Shown here one piece after another: positions 27,062 through 36,459 of a stretch of DNA of 64,000 bases; within the stretch, counting starts at the first letter, position 1; each line of letters starts with the position of its first letter. The position numbers and the translations under genes were made by a program. The DNA comes from an uncultured Alphaproteobacteria bacterium (GTDB lineage: Bacteria; Pseudomonadota; Alphaproteobacteria; Micavibrionales; Micavibrionaceae). Location: assembly GCA_963977495.1 (NCBI GenBank), contig CAXBOT010000001.1, positions 801,264 to 865,263 of the forward strand. Reading direction: 5' to 3'. Below the pieces are notes generated by a model that saw nothing but the letters and a program-made list of their open reading frames with translations, searched no databases and was not told the DNA's origin.

Positions 27062-27265
27062 TCAAGACTTCAGCTCAAATTCTAAAGTTGAATGCTCGAT
27101 TCCAAGATCTTCATAGAGCATAGACTTCAACTTTGGTTTTAACTCGTCCATATCAACTTTACCATTCAGGACAATGTGGGCTTCAAGGGCATTGCGTTGT
27201 TCATCTACTCTAGTATTCATATCCACCTGCAGTCGCTGACCCTGAATAACACCTTTCCTGAAGAT
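27062..27265 (-). pseudogene. C-terminal stump of a cation-diffusion-facilitator (CzcD/ZitB-like) transporter gene
   Basis: 67-codon open frame ending ...NALEAHIVLNGKVDMDELKPKLKSMLYEDLGIEHSTLEFELKS*, matching the CDF cytoplasmic-domain ending (..aHv.v......l...l...fgIeHvTiQ.E); no TM part upstream. Confidence 0.45.
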
Positions 27266-27341
27266 TTAAACTTTGCGACACCACTAACGTATTCTATGCT
27301 TATAATACTTTCTTGTTTTAGATTAGGTGATAAAGAAGACT

Positions 27342-27977
27342 ATGAAGAAATTGAGCAACACTGTTTTTTACAATTCAACTAGATTTGGATTAATTATTTG
27401 CATGCTGATCATAACAGTCGGTTGTAACAATACTGAAACACCTCGTGAAAAATATCGTAATGACCTGAGAGAGATTGTAGGTCGTTTAGTTCAAAAATTA
27501 AATTATGTCGGAACTGATGCCGAAGAAGAAGTAAAAACAGCCGTTACTTTTGATGGGCGATCAAAAAATACGACCATCATGATTCCACGCTCATCGGGTA
27601 TCAATATAATTCTTAAAGAATTTGAAGACCATCTAAACCGTGCATCGGACGAGTTTGTATCGCAGGATCTTGAGGGTTTCGACGAATGGGGAATTATATT
27701 GAAGAATGATATTGAAGAATACAAAGAGCGCATTAAGAAAGTAACTGAACAAATAAAGTCACGTAAAGAAATAGCCGCATATAAGAATAATTTTATTGTT
27801 TCAGACATCATGAATATGGGCGTAAAGATAGAAATTAATGATGGAGGAGAGCTTTATTTATTGTTAGGGAACGGTGAGCAAACCACGACGTATTTTCCCA
27901 ATAAAACTTTTGATTTTGATGTGGATTCCTGGCTTCAGGCAGTAAAGGCACGATCACAAAAATTTCAGAAAAATTAA
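27342..27977 (+). CDS. hypothetical lipoprotein
   Basis: ATG at 27342 gives MKKLSNTVFYNSTRFGLIICMLIITVGC (lipobox TVGC); charged and coiled mature part; ORF track start 27327 is GTG. Confidence 0.6.
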   Translation: MKKLSNTVFYNSTRFGLIICMLIITVGCNNTETPREKYRNDLREIVGRLVQKLNYVGTDAEEEVKTAVTFDGRSKNTTIMIPRSSGINIILKEFEDHLNRASDEFVSQDLEGFDEWGIILKNDIEEYKERIKKVTEQIKSRKEIAAYKNNFIVSDIMNMGVKIEINDGGELYLLLGNGEQTTTYFPNKTFDFDVDSWLQAVKARSQKFQKN

Positions 27978-27986
27978 GGTGCAGAC

Positions 27987-29237
27987 ATGGCTGAACAAAA
28001 TGAGAAAAACTCAAAAACACCTGAGGAGGAAGTATCTCGGGGAATATTGGATATGGGGTTTTTCGAAACGATTAAATGGGCACTTCTTGTAGGGTTTTGC
28101 GCTGCTGCTCTCACTACTGGCAAAGAGAAACTTGAGCAATTTGGTCGTTGGATCGATGGCGAAACAATAAACCCTGCGGTTATCGCTGAAGAACCCATGC
28201 TGCCTGGTTCCAGAACAATAAAAACAGATGTTTTGGATATGGGTCCTCTTCAAATTTCCATCGATAAAAACTGGCGTACCGTCGAGTCCTTAAATTTAAA
28301 CTTTATTCGCAATATCGTCACTCATTATAAAGGGATTTTCGATTTTTCATTAGGCAGCACAAATGAGAAATCACCATTCCTTTTAAGCACCCCCAAAATG
28401 TATACTGTATTCTTACCAAATGATGCCGGGCACGCTTTTTCTCTTCACCAACGTGTATTTTTAAGGGTTTCCATTGATATAAAAGACACCATATCTGCTT
28501 TGGATTCCCTTACCGAACAACAACGAAAGAACACTTTAATGCAGTTTGGCTCTGCCTCCCCAGCACCAGATCAAAACGTGATCGTTTCAGGAAATATTGA
28601 TAAAGACGTGGTAAGTCCTGATGATATTTTTGATCAAGCACTATCCAGTCAACTTGTCTTATTGTCTGGAATGCAAAATGAGGGTTTTTCTGTGAACATC
28701 AACCATCTCAGCCGTTCACAAATTGGATCCTATACAATCGCAGAAATAGATTACACCTATACCATGGAGCAGCAAGAACAGCGCCTAAGGACAACCTTAT
28801 ACTGGCATTATAAGGATGGAAATCCCTGGGGGGATCTAGGCATCTTCTATGTGGACTACAACGAAAAAGCGGCAGCAAAGCATAAAAGAGCAATCAAGGC
28901 TATGTTTTCATCCCTTGCCTTAAAAGAAGGTGATCAGAAAATATGGACAGGTCAAAAAAGCCCTGCTTCGACCGACAATCAAATAATGTCCTTTGTGGGC
29001 ATAGAGGTTGATGAATTAAAACTTAAGGCTATGGGGTTGAACATCAAGAAGGTAGAAGAAATTTTAAAATCAAAGATTCCCACTCCGCTGGAGGATGTAC
29101 AGGACATTGAATTAATATCAGGTGGTGAAAACCGTGTATTATTAAGAGATATAGCTAGAATTGATCCTCTAAGTCGGCATGGCCAAAAAATTCAGGACTT
29201 CAACAGCATTATACTAACCGTTACGCCGAGACGGTAA
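27987..29237 (+). CDS. hypothetical membrane-anchored protein (416 aa)
   Basis: 9 nt after the lipoprotein gene; single TM WALLVGFCAAALTTG near the N-terminus; no recognised domain. Confidence 0.6.
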   Translation: MAEQNEKNSKTPEEEVSRGILDMGFFETIKWALLVGFCAAALTTGKEKLEQFGRWIDGETINPAVIAEEPMLPGSRTIKTDVLDMGPLQISIDKNWRTVESLNLNFIRNIVTHYKGIFDFSLGSTNEKSPFLLSTPKMYTVFLPNDAGHAFSLHQRVFLRVSIDIKDTISALDSLTEQQRKNTLMQFGSASPAPDQNVIVSGNIDKDVVSPDDIFDQALSSQLVLLSGMQNEGFSVNINHLSRSQIGSYTIAEIDYTYTMEQQEQRLRTTLYWHYKDGNPWGDLGIFYVDYNEKAAAKHKRAIKAMFSSLALKEGDQKIWTGQKSPASTDNQIMSFVGIEVDELKLKAMGLNIKKVEEILKSKIPTPLEDVQDIELISGGENRVLLRDIARIDPLSRHGQKIQDFNSIILTVTPRR

Positions 29238-29274
29238 TTACTCATGTTCCTTTTAAAAAACGCTTGTTCATATC

Positions 29275-29661
29275 TCAATCACCAAACTGCACAGGGTCAC
29301 CGTTCCTGTTAAAAGCTACAAAATTGGATAAATCGCCGCCACTCTCTACAGTTTGAACCATCCTCTTTAGCGGCTGGGTAGCATCATCTGAGCTTGGAAC
29401 CATGCCGTTACGGCCAGAAAGACAAGCTATTAGTACTATGTGCCAATCTTGCTCCATGCTTTCAGATTCTGTCACGAGATCCGAAAAACTAGCCAATTCA
29501 TCCAAAGTTTTATCAGTACACATAATAGGTTCTAGTTCTCCCCCTTCACTGGAATGAAGGCGAGTTTCTTTTTTACCTTTATGATCTTTAGGTTGGGACG
29601 ACCTTAAGAAAACAAATAAGACGCGTTGTGGCTCGGGCTGTTGCTTTGCGACAGTTAACAA
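29275..29661 (-). CDS. hypothetical protein (128 aa), last gene of the hemN-ubiH-like transcription unit
   Basis: TTG-start ORF, same strand, 53 nt after the monooxygenase gene; no motif recognised. Confidence 0.45.
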   Translation of the reverse strand: MLTVAKQQPEPQRVLFVFLRSSQPKDHKGKKETRLHSSEGGELEPIMCTDKTLDELASFSDLVTESESMEQDWHIVLIACLSGRNGMVPSSDDATQPLKRMVQTVESGGDLSNFVAFNRNGDPVQFGD

Positions 29662-29714
29662 AGTTTCGTAATTGGTTATATAAATTTTTAGGCTCCCTTT
29701 AATTTCTATTAAAA

Positions 29715-30893
29715 CTACTTTGCATTTAACTCAGTTAGCTGGTCCATAATAAGACGTTTTGCTGGACCAATACGATTGCCCAATCTCAACAAAGATCGAC
29801 GCATAATTTTTGCAGTGCGCGTCTCCTTTGTATACAAACGCACAAGTGCATTCGTCCCGTGATACAAGGGAAGACTAACCCTTCGATGTCTACGATTATA
29901 ACGTTCTAGAGTGGCTTGTGAAGAAAACGCATAACCTGTATGCAAAGCTGTTTTTATCTCTTCACTCAGAGCATGGGCACTACGAAGCCCCAAATTAAAG
30001 CCGTGAGCAGTGACAGGATGCATACCGACAGCAGCATCCCCTATAAGCGCATACCGATTAGCATAAAAAGTTTTAGCGTGGCTTGCCACAAGTGGATAAG
30101 GAAAAAGTTTACTTGTAAGCTTCATGGCACCAAAGCGCCCTTCTATACGATACTCAATATCTTTGGAGAAATCTTCATCTGTCATACTTAAAACTCCGTT
30201 ACATTCCTCGGATTTAAGCGTAATTACAATAGAAACCTGATTATTATTCATGGGAAGAACGGCCAGAGTACGATCAAAATGAAAACATTCATAAGCAGTG
30301 TCATTGTGAGGTAACTCAACTTGCATAGTGCAAACGATGCAAGTCCGTCCAAAATCAAATATAGATGTTGGAATCCCAACCATACTGCGTGTTGTTGAGA
30401 ACCTTGAATCTGCTGAAACAATAAGTGAGGCATTCAAACGTTCTCCACCTTCAATTTCCACCCAAGCCTGCTCTTGGTCAGACCCAATTTTGGTAACCTG
30501 TGTGTTATCCATAATTTTAATATTATCCGCGTCCTCAACCGACTCGTAAGACGCTTTTTTAATCAGGTTATTGGAAACCATAAAGCCAAGATTGTCTGCA
30601 CTGGTTTCTTGATAGTTAAAAGATAGGGCATAAGAAGATTTTCCATTCAGAACCTTGGCCGTTTTAATCAAAGAAATTCGTTCATCTGGAATGAGTTCCC
30701 AAATACCAAGATTATTCAAAATAGACTGAGATAAATGTGTCAAAGCAATCTCTCGGCCATCATATGGCGGATCAGCTAGAGTTTTTTTGGATTGCTTTTC
30801 AATTAAGAGGACATTGAGATTTGCATCACAGACATCTTTTGCAAAACAAAGCCCTGCTGGCCCTCCTCCAATAATGATAATGTCCTGTTTCAT
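29715..30893 (-). CDS. FAD-dependent monooxygenase, UbiH/UbiF/VisC/COQ6 family
   Basis: Rossmann IIIIGGGPAGLCFA; GDAAVGMHPVTAHGFNLG FAD/ribityl motif. Confidence 0.85.
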   Translation of the reverse strand: MKQDIIIIGGGPAGLCFAKDVCDANLNVLLIEKQSKKTLADPPYDGREIALTHLSQSILNNLGIWELIPDERISLIKTAKVLNGKSSYALSFNYQETSADNLGFMVSNNLIKKASYESVEDADNIKIMDNTQVTKIGSDQEQAWVEIEGGERLNASLIVSADSRFSTTRSMVGIPTSIFDFGRTCIVCTMQVELPHNDTAYECFHFDRTLAVLPMNNNQVSIVITLKSEECNGVLSMTDEDFSKDIEYRIEGRFGAMKLTSKLFPYPLVASHAKTFYANRYALIGDAAVGMHPVTAHGFNLGLRSAHALSEEIKTALHTGYAFSSQATLERYNRRHRRVSLPLYHGTNALVRLYTKETRTAKIMRRSLLRLGNRIGPAKRLIMDQLTELNAK

Positions 30894-30907
30894 ACCTGTT
30901 TTCCGTT

Positions 30908-32275
30908 TTATATAGCTTTTGAATGCTTCGGTTGTTTATTTTCCGGATCTATGTACGCATCAAAAACGGAACAAATAGTCCGGGCCATACTTTTTGCTGC
31001 TGGATTGATAGAAATAGAACCATTCTGGTCTATTTTCAAAAAACCTTGTTTTTCGTATTGTCCCAGCAACTCCACTTCATGATCCAGATAATGCTCAGGG
31101 AAATTATGGGTGCAACAAAGCTCTTGAATATTTGCTTTAAAATCACACATTAGCCTTTCTATGACAGAACTACGCAAGCAATCATCATCAGAAAACAAAT
31201 AAAAATTCTGGGCAGGCAGCTTTCCTGCCAGGATACTCTTCTTATAACTTGGTATGTCTCTTGCGTTTTGCATGTAACCCTGTTTGAGTTGACCAATAGA
31301 AGAAGCCCCAACACCAATAAGTATCTTCGACTTATCAGATGTATATCCTTGGAAATTTCTCTTTAGTTGCCCAATTCTGGCAGCATGCACAAGCTCATCT
31401 TCAGGTTTTGCAAAGTGGTCTATGCCTAAAGGCTCATAACCTGCAGCTTCTAGCTTTTCGGTGCCAACCGTGAACAAATCAAAGCGCGCACTACTATCTG
31501 GCAAAGCATTATCATCAATCAATCGCATATGTTTTTTCATCCATGGGACATGAGCATATCCAAACAACGCAATGCGATCAGGATTAAGAAAAATAACTTT
31601 TTCTAAAGTATCTTCCATAGTTTTGACTGTCTGGTGAGGTAGGCCATAGAGCAAGTCAAAATTAATGCGGTTTATTCCATATTGCCTTAGAAGTAAGCAC
31701 GCATCATGGCTAAGATGAAAAGGTTGGGGTCTATTTATAGCGCTTAAGACACGACTATCAAAATCCTGAACGCCCAAACTAACGCGATTCACCCCCTCTT
31801 TCGCATAAGTTGCAACTTTGCCCTCTGTAAGCCCTCTTGGGTCCACCTCAATCGCTATTTCCGCATCAGGATGAATACAGAAATAAGATTTTAATTTCTG
31901 CATGACTTTCTTAAAGTCAGAAGGACTTAGTATTGTTGGTGATCCGCCCCCAAAATGAATATGCCTTACTACATGACCATCGCTTAACTTATCCGAGAGA
32001 AGATCGATCTCTTGCAAGATTAGGTGCAGATAATCTTCAACAGGTGAATACTGTTTTGTAGCCTTAGTATTGCAACCGCAATACCAGCAAAGTTTAGGAC
32101 AAAAAGGAATATGAATGTACAGGGACAAATCAGATTTTAGTGGTAGGCTTTTCAACCAATCTGGATAAAGAGATTCGTCTTCAAGAGCCTGGAAATGAGG
32201 CGCCGTCGGGTAACTCGTATAACGCGGTACGAGCGAGTCAAATTGGAGAATCTTTTCACGTAAAGAGCATGACAT
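30908..32275 (-). CDS. hemN: oxygen-independent coproporphyrinogen III oxidase (radical SAM)
   Basis: PRYTSYPTAPHF, CPKLCWYCGCN (CxxxCxxC), 455 aa. Confidence 0.93.
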   Translation of the reverse strand: MSCSLREKILQFDSLVPRYTSYPTAPHFQALEDESLYPDWLKSLPLKSDLSLYIHIPFCPKLCWYCGCNTKATKQYSPVEDYLHLILQEIDLLSDKLSDGHVVRHIHFGGGSPTILSPSDFKKVMQKLKSYFCIHPDAEIAIEVDPRGLTEGKVATYAKEGVNRVSLGVQDFDSRVLSAINRPQPFHLSHDACLLLRQYGINRINFDLLYGLPHQTVKTMEDTLEKVIFLNPDRIALFGYAHVPWMKKHMRLIDDNALPDSSARFDLFTVGTEKLEAAGYEPLGIDHFAKPEDELVHAARIGQLKRNFQGYTSDKSKILIGVGASSIGQLKQGYMQNARDIPSYKKSILAGKLPAQNFYLFSDDDCLRSSVIERLMCDFKANIQELCCTHNFPEHYLDHEVELLGQYEKQGFLKIDQNGSISINPAAKSMARTICSVFDAYIDPENKQPKHSKAI

Positions 32276-32309
32276 ATTATGGACACTAGATAATCAGGAA
32301 AACAATACC

Positions 32310-32323
32310 TTGATTTAGATCAA
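32310..32323. promoter_or_regulatory. FNR/Anr/Dnr-type box TTGAT-TTAG-ATCAA (hemN / gcdH divergent region)
   Basis: Perfect consensus, extended palindrome CTTGAT..ATCAAG; centre 41.5 nt from hemN ATG and 52.5 nt from gcdH ATG. Confidence 0.7.
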
Positions 32324-32368
32324 GCTGAGAAAGACAGAAAAAAGTTAGTATGGAACAGAGGTAAAAGA

Positions 32369-33553
32369 ATGAGTACACCAACATTTCAATGGGACGATCC
32401 ACTTTTTTTGGATTCATGCTTGACCCATGATGAACGCACGATACGTGATGCTGCGCATGCATACGCTAAGAACAATCTTGCACCGAGAATATTGGACGCT
32501 TATAGGCAGGATAGCTTTGCCCCCGATATATTAAAAGAAATGGGCGAGATAGGACTGCTTGGCTGCACATTGCCAACAGAATATGGTGGCTCCGGCACCA
32601 ACTATGTTTCTTATGGTCTGATTGCCCGAGAAATTGAAAAAATAGATTCTGGCTATCGATCTTCCATGTCCGTGCAATCTTCGTTGGTGATGCACCCAAT
32701 TTTCAAATGGGGGTCTGAAGATCAACGCCAAAAATTCTTACCCAAACTGGCAACTGGTGAGTATATAGGCTGCTTCGGCTTAACAGAACCGGACTCCGGA
32801 TCAGACCCCAGCAGTATGAGGACTAAGGCAAAAAAAACAAAAGGTGGCTACAGATTGACGGGTAGGAAAACTTGGATCAGCAATGCACCAATCGCTGATA
32901 TTTTTATCGTTTGGGCAAAGTCTCCTGAACATGAAAATAAGATAAAAGGTTTTATTCTTGAAAAAAACATGAAAGGTCTTTCAGCACCCACAATTAACGG
33001 AAAACTCTCACTACGAGCATCAGTTACAGGAGAAATTATTATAGATGACGTTTTTGTTCCCGAAGACAACCTATTGCCAAATGCTTCAGGTTTAAGTGGC
33101 CCTTTTGAGTGCCTAAACCGTGCACGATACGGTATTGCATGGGGTGTTATGGGAGCAGCAGAATTCTGTTGGCATGCAGCACGTCAATATACCTTGGATA
33201 GAAAGCAATTTGGACGCCCTCTCGCACAGACACAGCTGGTACAAAAAAAACTTGCTGATATGCAAACGGAAATCACTCTTGGCCTACATGCAGCCTTGCG
33301 TGTAGGACGCTTAATTGATGAAGACAACTTTGCCCCTGAAATGATCTCATTAATCAAGAGGAATAACTGCGGAAAAGCACTTGATATTGCAAGAACGTCA
33401 CGCGATATGCATGGAGCAAATGGCATTGCGGACGAATTTCATATCATGCGCCATATGTGCAATCTGGAATCTGTGAATACGTACGAAGGAACACATGACA
33501 TTCACTCCTTAATTCTTGGACGTGCCCAAACAGGACTACAAGCATTTTCCTAA
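32369..33553 (+). CDS. gcdH: glutaryl-CoA dehydrogenase (acyl-CoA dehydrogenase family)
   Basis: [23 protein letters not shown]-terminus, [28 protein letters not shown]. Confidence 0.88.
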   Translation: MSTPTFQWDDPLFLDSCLTHDERTIRDAAHAYAKNNLAPRILDAYRQDSFAPDILKEMGEIGLLGCTLPTEYGGSGTNYVSYGLIAREIEKIDSGYRSSMSVQSSLVMHPIFKWGSEDQRQKFLPKLATGEYIGCFGLTEPDSGSDPSSMRTKAKKTKGGYRLTGRKTWISNAPIADIFIVWAKSPEHENKIKGFILEKNMKGLSAPTINGKLSLRASVTGEIIIDDVFVPEDNLLPNASGLSGPFECLNRARYGIAWGVMGAAEFCWHAARQYTLDRKQFGRPLAQTQLVQKKLADMQTEITLGLHAALRVGRLIDEDNFAPEMISLIKRNNCGKALDIARTSRDMHGANGIADEFHIMRHMCNLESVNTYEGTHDIHSLILGRAQTGLQAFS

Positions 33554-33566
33554 TGAAAAAATGTCT

Positions 33567-34841
33567 TTAGAATTTAACGCCAACCTGCAGCCAAACTTTT
33601 TGCGTATCTGTGAAAGGCGCATCTTCTGCACTGTAATCAGCGTATTTAACTAGAACATTTAGGTTTTTGAACGGCTGGCCTTCAGGTAATTGAAATGTTT
33701 TGCCAACTGACAAATCTATCTCGGATCCATAATCTCCTCGCTCATCACCATCAAAATCGTGATATACCGCCGTCAGCACAGTTCCATCGACCAAGGCATG
33801 TGCATCCGACACCTTATATGATATTTTACCGTAAATATCTTCCAAACCATTGGCTGGTGTCATTAAAAACTTATCGGCCCAACCATTGAATTTATGCAAT
33901 GTTGCCAAGGGTGTTTGAAAAGAATTTGTGCCATCACCACCCAATACTTCATAACCCGCCTGCACAGTAAAACCATGCCCGCTAACAGCCGGAGAAATAT
34001 GATAATACATCTCATCATAAATCGAGGTGTTATCACCATAATCTTCTTGCAGTGCGACTTCTGCCTCATATGATAGCGCCCATGCGTCATCCACAGGCAC
34101 TTTACCTGTTAGTCTCACACCATAAGTTTGTGAAGATCCAGCTGGTAACTCGTCAAAATTAAGCCAGTAACCATAGGCACCGGCATGGAGCCACTCCGCA
34201 AAATCATAATTTGCCTTAGCAAAGTGGCTTTGGGAATCGAGATCACCCAAAGGATGATCATCGCCGAAAATTCGATTTACATTCCATACATAACCATACT
34301 GAAGCGCAACATTTTCTATACCGTTGTAATTAAAAACAATGGAATCAAATGTTTGATCATTCTGTCTCCAGCCTACTGTCCCTACAAACCTCTGGTTATC
34401 AAGGTTTATTCCTTGGCGTCCAGCCTTAACAAGAACTCCGGCCAATCCTGCCCATGAAAGCCATAGCTGGTTAAGTTCTGCAGTATCTGGATCTGCAACA
34501 ACTGGATATGTCGCCTTGCCGTTAACTGTATCATTAAAACTATTGGCTCCAATATTCTGGACCAACTGCCCTTCTATCAGAGCCTGAAAATCTTTATAAA
34601 CACCCGTCTTGAACCCTAAATTAGTGCGCACCGTAGAAGCCTTGCCCTCATTTGCGACACCGTCCTGATCAACAAACTCATACCGATACCGCGCTTCACC
34701 AAAAAACGATCCTTCTTTCACAATACTTTCAACCTCCTCTCCAGCAACGGCCGGCGTAACAGCGGGAAGACAGAAAAAACACGCACTGGCAAAAAAAAGA
34801 GAGTAGAAGGATTTTGTTTTTAGCATTTCATTATCTTTCAC
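33567..34841 (-). CDS. outer-membrane beta-barrel porin (alginate-export/OprO-like, putative)
   Basis: Signal peptide (ATG alternative at 34826: MLKTKSFYSLFFASACFFCLPAVTPAVA); alternating beta-strand pattern; C-terminal ...WLQVGVKF. Confidence 0.75.
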   Translation of the reverse strand: MKDNEMLKTKSFYSLFFASACFFCLPAVTPAVAGEEVESIVKEGSFFGEARYRYEFVDQDGVANEGKASTVRTNLGFKTGVYKDFQALIEGQLVQNIGANSFNDTVNGKATYPVVADPDTAELNQLWLSWAGLAGVLVKAGRQGINLDNQRFVGTVGWRQNDQTFDSIVFNYNGIENVALQYGYVWNVNRIFGDDHPLGDLDSQSHFAKANYDFAEWLHAGAYGYWLNFDELPAGSSQTYGVRLTGKVPVDDAWALSYEAEVALQEDYGDNTSIYDEMYYHISPAVSGHGFTVQAGYEVLGGDGTNSFQTPLATLHKFNGWADKFLMTPANGLEDIYGKISYKVSDAHALVDGTVLTAVYHDFDGDERGDYGSEIDLSVGKTFQLPEGQPFKNLNVLVKYADYSAEDAPFTDTQKVWLQVGVKF

Positions 34842-34890
34842 AATAGGGATAGAGACTTAAGTAGCCAGAAAATGGTTTAGAAAGGCCAAG

Positions 34891-35637
34891 TTATCCTTGA
34901 TCTGGATCAAGTGTTTCAGAACAAACACAACTATATCCATCTAAGAAACTGTCTAAATTGGGATGATTATATGACTTTTCTTTTTTTCCGCTCTTACTGA
35001 TATCTTGGAAACTGTAATCATCATTTTGGTATTCAAGGAGTTCTCCCTTATTCATATCAAAATACCAACCGTGTATGTGTATATGACCTTGCTCGTATCT
35101 GTCCCTAATCCATGGAAATGTTAATAGATTGGAAATCGAAACGATTATCGAGGCTTGCTCTAATGCTCTTATTTTATTACTAAGGTCTACACCCTGCATT
35201 TTTTCAAAAACTGCGTCACGAGCATCTTCACCAATATTTATCCAGTGATTTAAAAATTCGAAATTGTGATAATCTTCGATTTGAAAGTCGCCGGTAGCTA
35301 GAGCATTAATGCCACCACATCCTGCGTGTCCTAAAACAACAATATGGCTAACATTCAAAAAACGGACCGCGTATTCAATGGCTGAACTTGTTCCCCTCAA
35401 TAGACCACCATTATTATACGGAGGGACTAAAGCAGCCACGTTTCTGACGGCGAAGAATTCTCCTGGATCACTTTGCGTTAAAATAGCTGGATCAATACGC
35501 GAGTCAGAGCAAGCAATAACCAGAGTTTCAGGCTTCTGTCCCTCTACGACTAATTTCTTGTAGTGATCACCTTTTTCTTTTTTGTAATAATTATTTTTGA
35601 AATCAGAAAAGCCGGTGATTAGCTTATTATACGTCAT
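34891..35637 (-). CDS. can: beta-class carbonic anhydrase
   Basis: IACSDSRIDP, VLGHAGCGG zinc ligands; strong RBS GGAGGAGGAG; ~30-aa C-terminal extension. Confidence 0.9.
   Translation of the reverse strand: MTYNKLITGFSDFKNNYYKKEKGDHYKKLVVEGQKPETLVIACSDSRIDPAILTQSDPGEFFAVRNVAALVPPYNNGGLLRGTSSAIEYAVRFLNVSHIVVLGHAGCGGINALATGDFQIEDYHNFEFLNHWINIGEDARDAVFEKMQGVDLSNKIRALEQASIIVSISNLLTFPWIRDRYEQGHIHIHGWYFDMNKGELLEYQNDDYSFQDISKSGKKEKSYNHPNLDSFLDGYSCVCSETLDPDQG
34897..34910. promoter_or_regulatory. FNR-type box TTGAT-CTGG-ATCAA upstream of the porin gene, embedded in the last codons of the carbonic anhydrase gene
   Basis: Perfect consensus; centre 62.5 nt from porin start 34841; encodes LDPDQ of the CA C-terminus on the minus strand. 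Confidence 0.65.
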
Positions 35638-35687
35638 GCGCTCCTCCTCCTGAATTTATTACAATAAGTTAATTAGAAGGAGCTCCC

Positions 35688-35701
35688 TTGATTTGGATCA
35701 A
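35688..35701. promoter_or_regulatory. FNR-type box TTGAT-TTGG-ATCAA upstream of the carbonic anhydrase gene
   Basis: Perfect consensus; centre 57.5 nt from can ATG. Confidence 0.65.
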
Positions 35702-35706
35702 CCATG

Positions 35707-36453
35707 TCAAAAGTTTCGGAATTCCATATCGAATGATTGTGCCGCAGGTATAAGCGCTTGATCTAAAATGCGTTTTTGCGGAGGCAAGAAGCCAAGAGTG
35801 GGTCGATCGTTATCTGATCGGAAGTTTTGAACATAATAACAACCCGCATAATGACGTCTTTCAAGGTCATCAATAATAGAGGTAACATCATTCTCATCCA
35901 TCAAGTCCGTATGAACTGTTGTACGTACTTCAAATGGCACTGCAGTTTGTCCGCACAACAAATCAAGTGTTTTTGCAAAAAAATCAAATTTTTCTACCCC
36001 CGTAACCTTTTTGAATTTGTCAGGTGGTGCCTTATAATCAAGAGCAACATAGTCCAGAAGCCCTTGACTTAAAAAGCGCTTAATAATGTCAGGCCGCAGT
36101 CCGTTAGTATCAAGCTTGATTGCATATCCTAAATTTTTGGCCATCTTTATAAAGTCCGGCAATCCTGGGTATGCTGATGCCTCTCCTCCGGAAAGAACGA
36201 CACCATCCAGTAGACCTTGGCGTTTTTTCAAAAACGTCACAACATCTTCAACTTTACCTCGCCCTTTCCCCTTTACAATTTGGGGATTGTGGCAATATGA
36301 ACAACGCATATTACACCCTGAAAACCATACTATACACGCTGTTCTTTGAGGAAAATCAAGCATAGTAAATGGCGTAACACTGAAAATGGGCAAAGCCCCC
36401 TGCACTAGTACAGGGAACTCAACCTCATGCTTATCTGCTACTGTAGAAGCCAT
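35707..36453 (-). CDS. nrdG: anaerobic ribonucleoside-triphosphate reductase activating protein (radical SAM)
   Basis: WFSGCNMRCSYCHNP cluster motif; directly downstream of nrdD. Confidence 0.9.
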   Translation of the reverse strand: MASTVADKHEVEFPVLVQGALPIFSVTPFTMLDFPQRTACIVWFSGCNMRCSYCHNPQIVKGKGRGKVEDVVTFLKKRQGLLDGVVLSGGEASAYPGLPDFIKMAKNLGYAIKLDTNGLRPDIIKRFLSQGLLDYVALDYKAPPDKFKKVTGVEKFDFFAKTLDLLCGQTAVPFEVRTTVHTDLMDENDVTSIIDDLERRHYAGCYYVQNFRSDNDRPTLGFLPPQKRILDQALIPAAQSFDMEFRNF

Positions 36454-36459
36454 AAAAAA

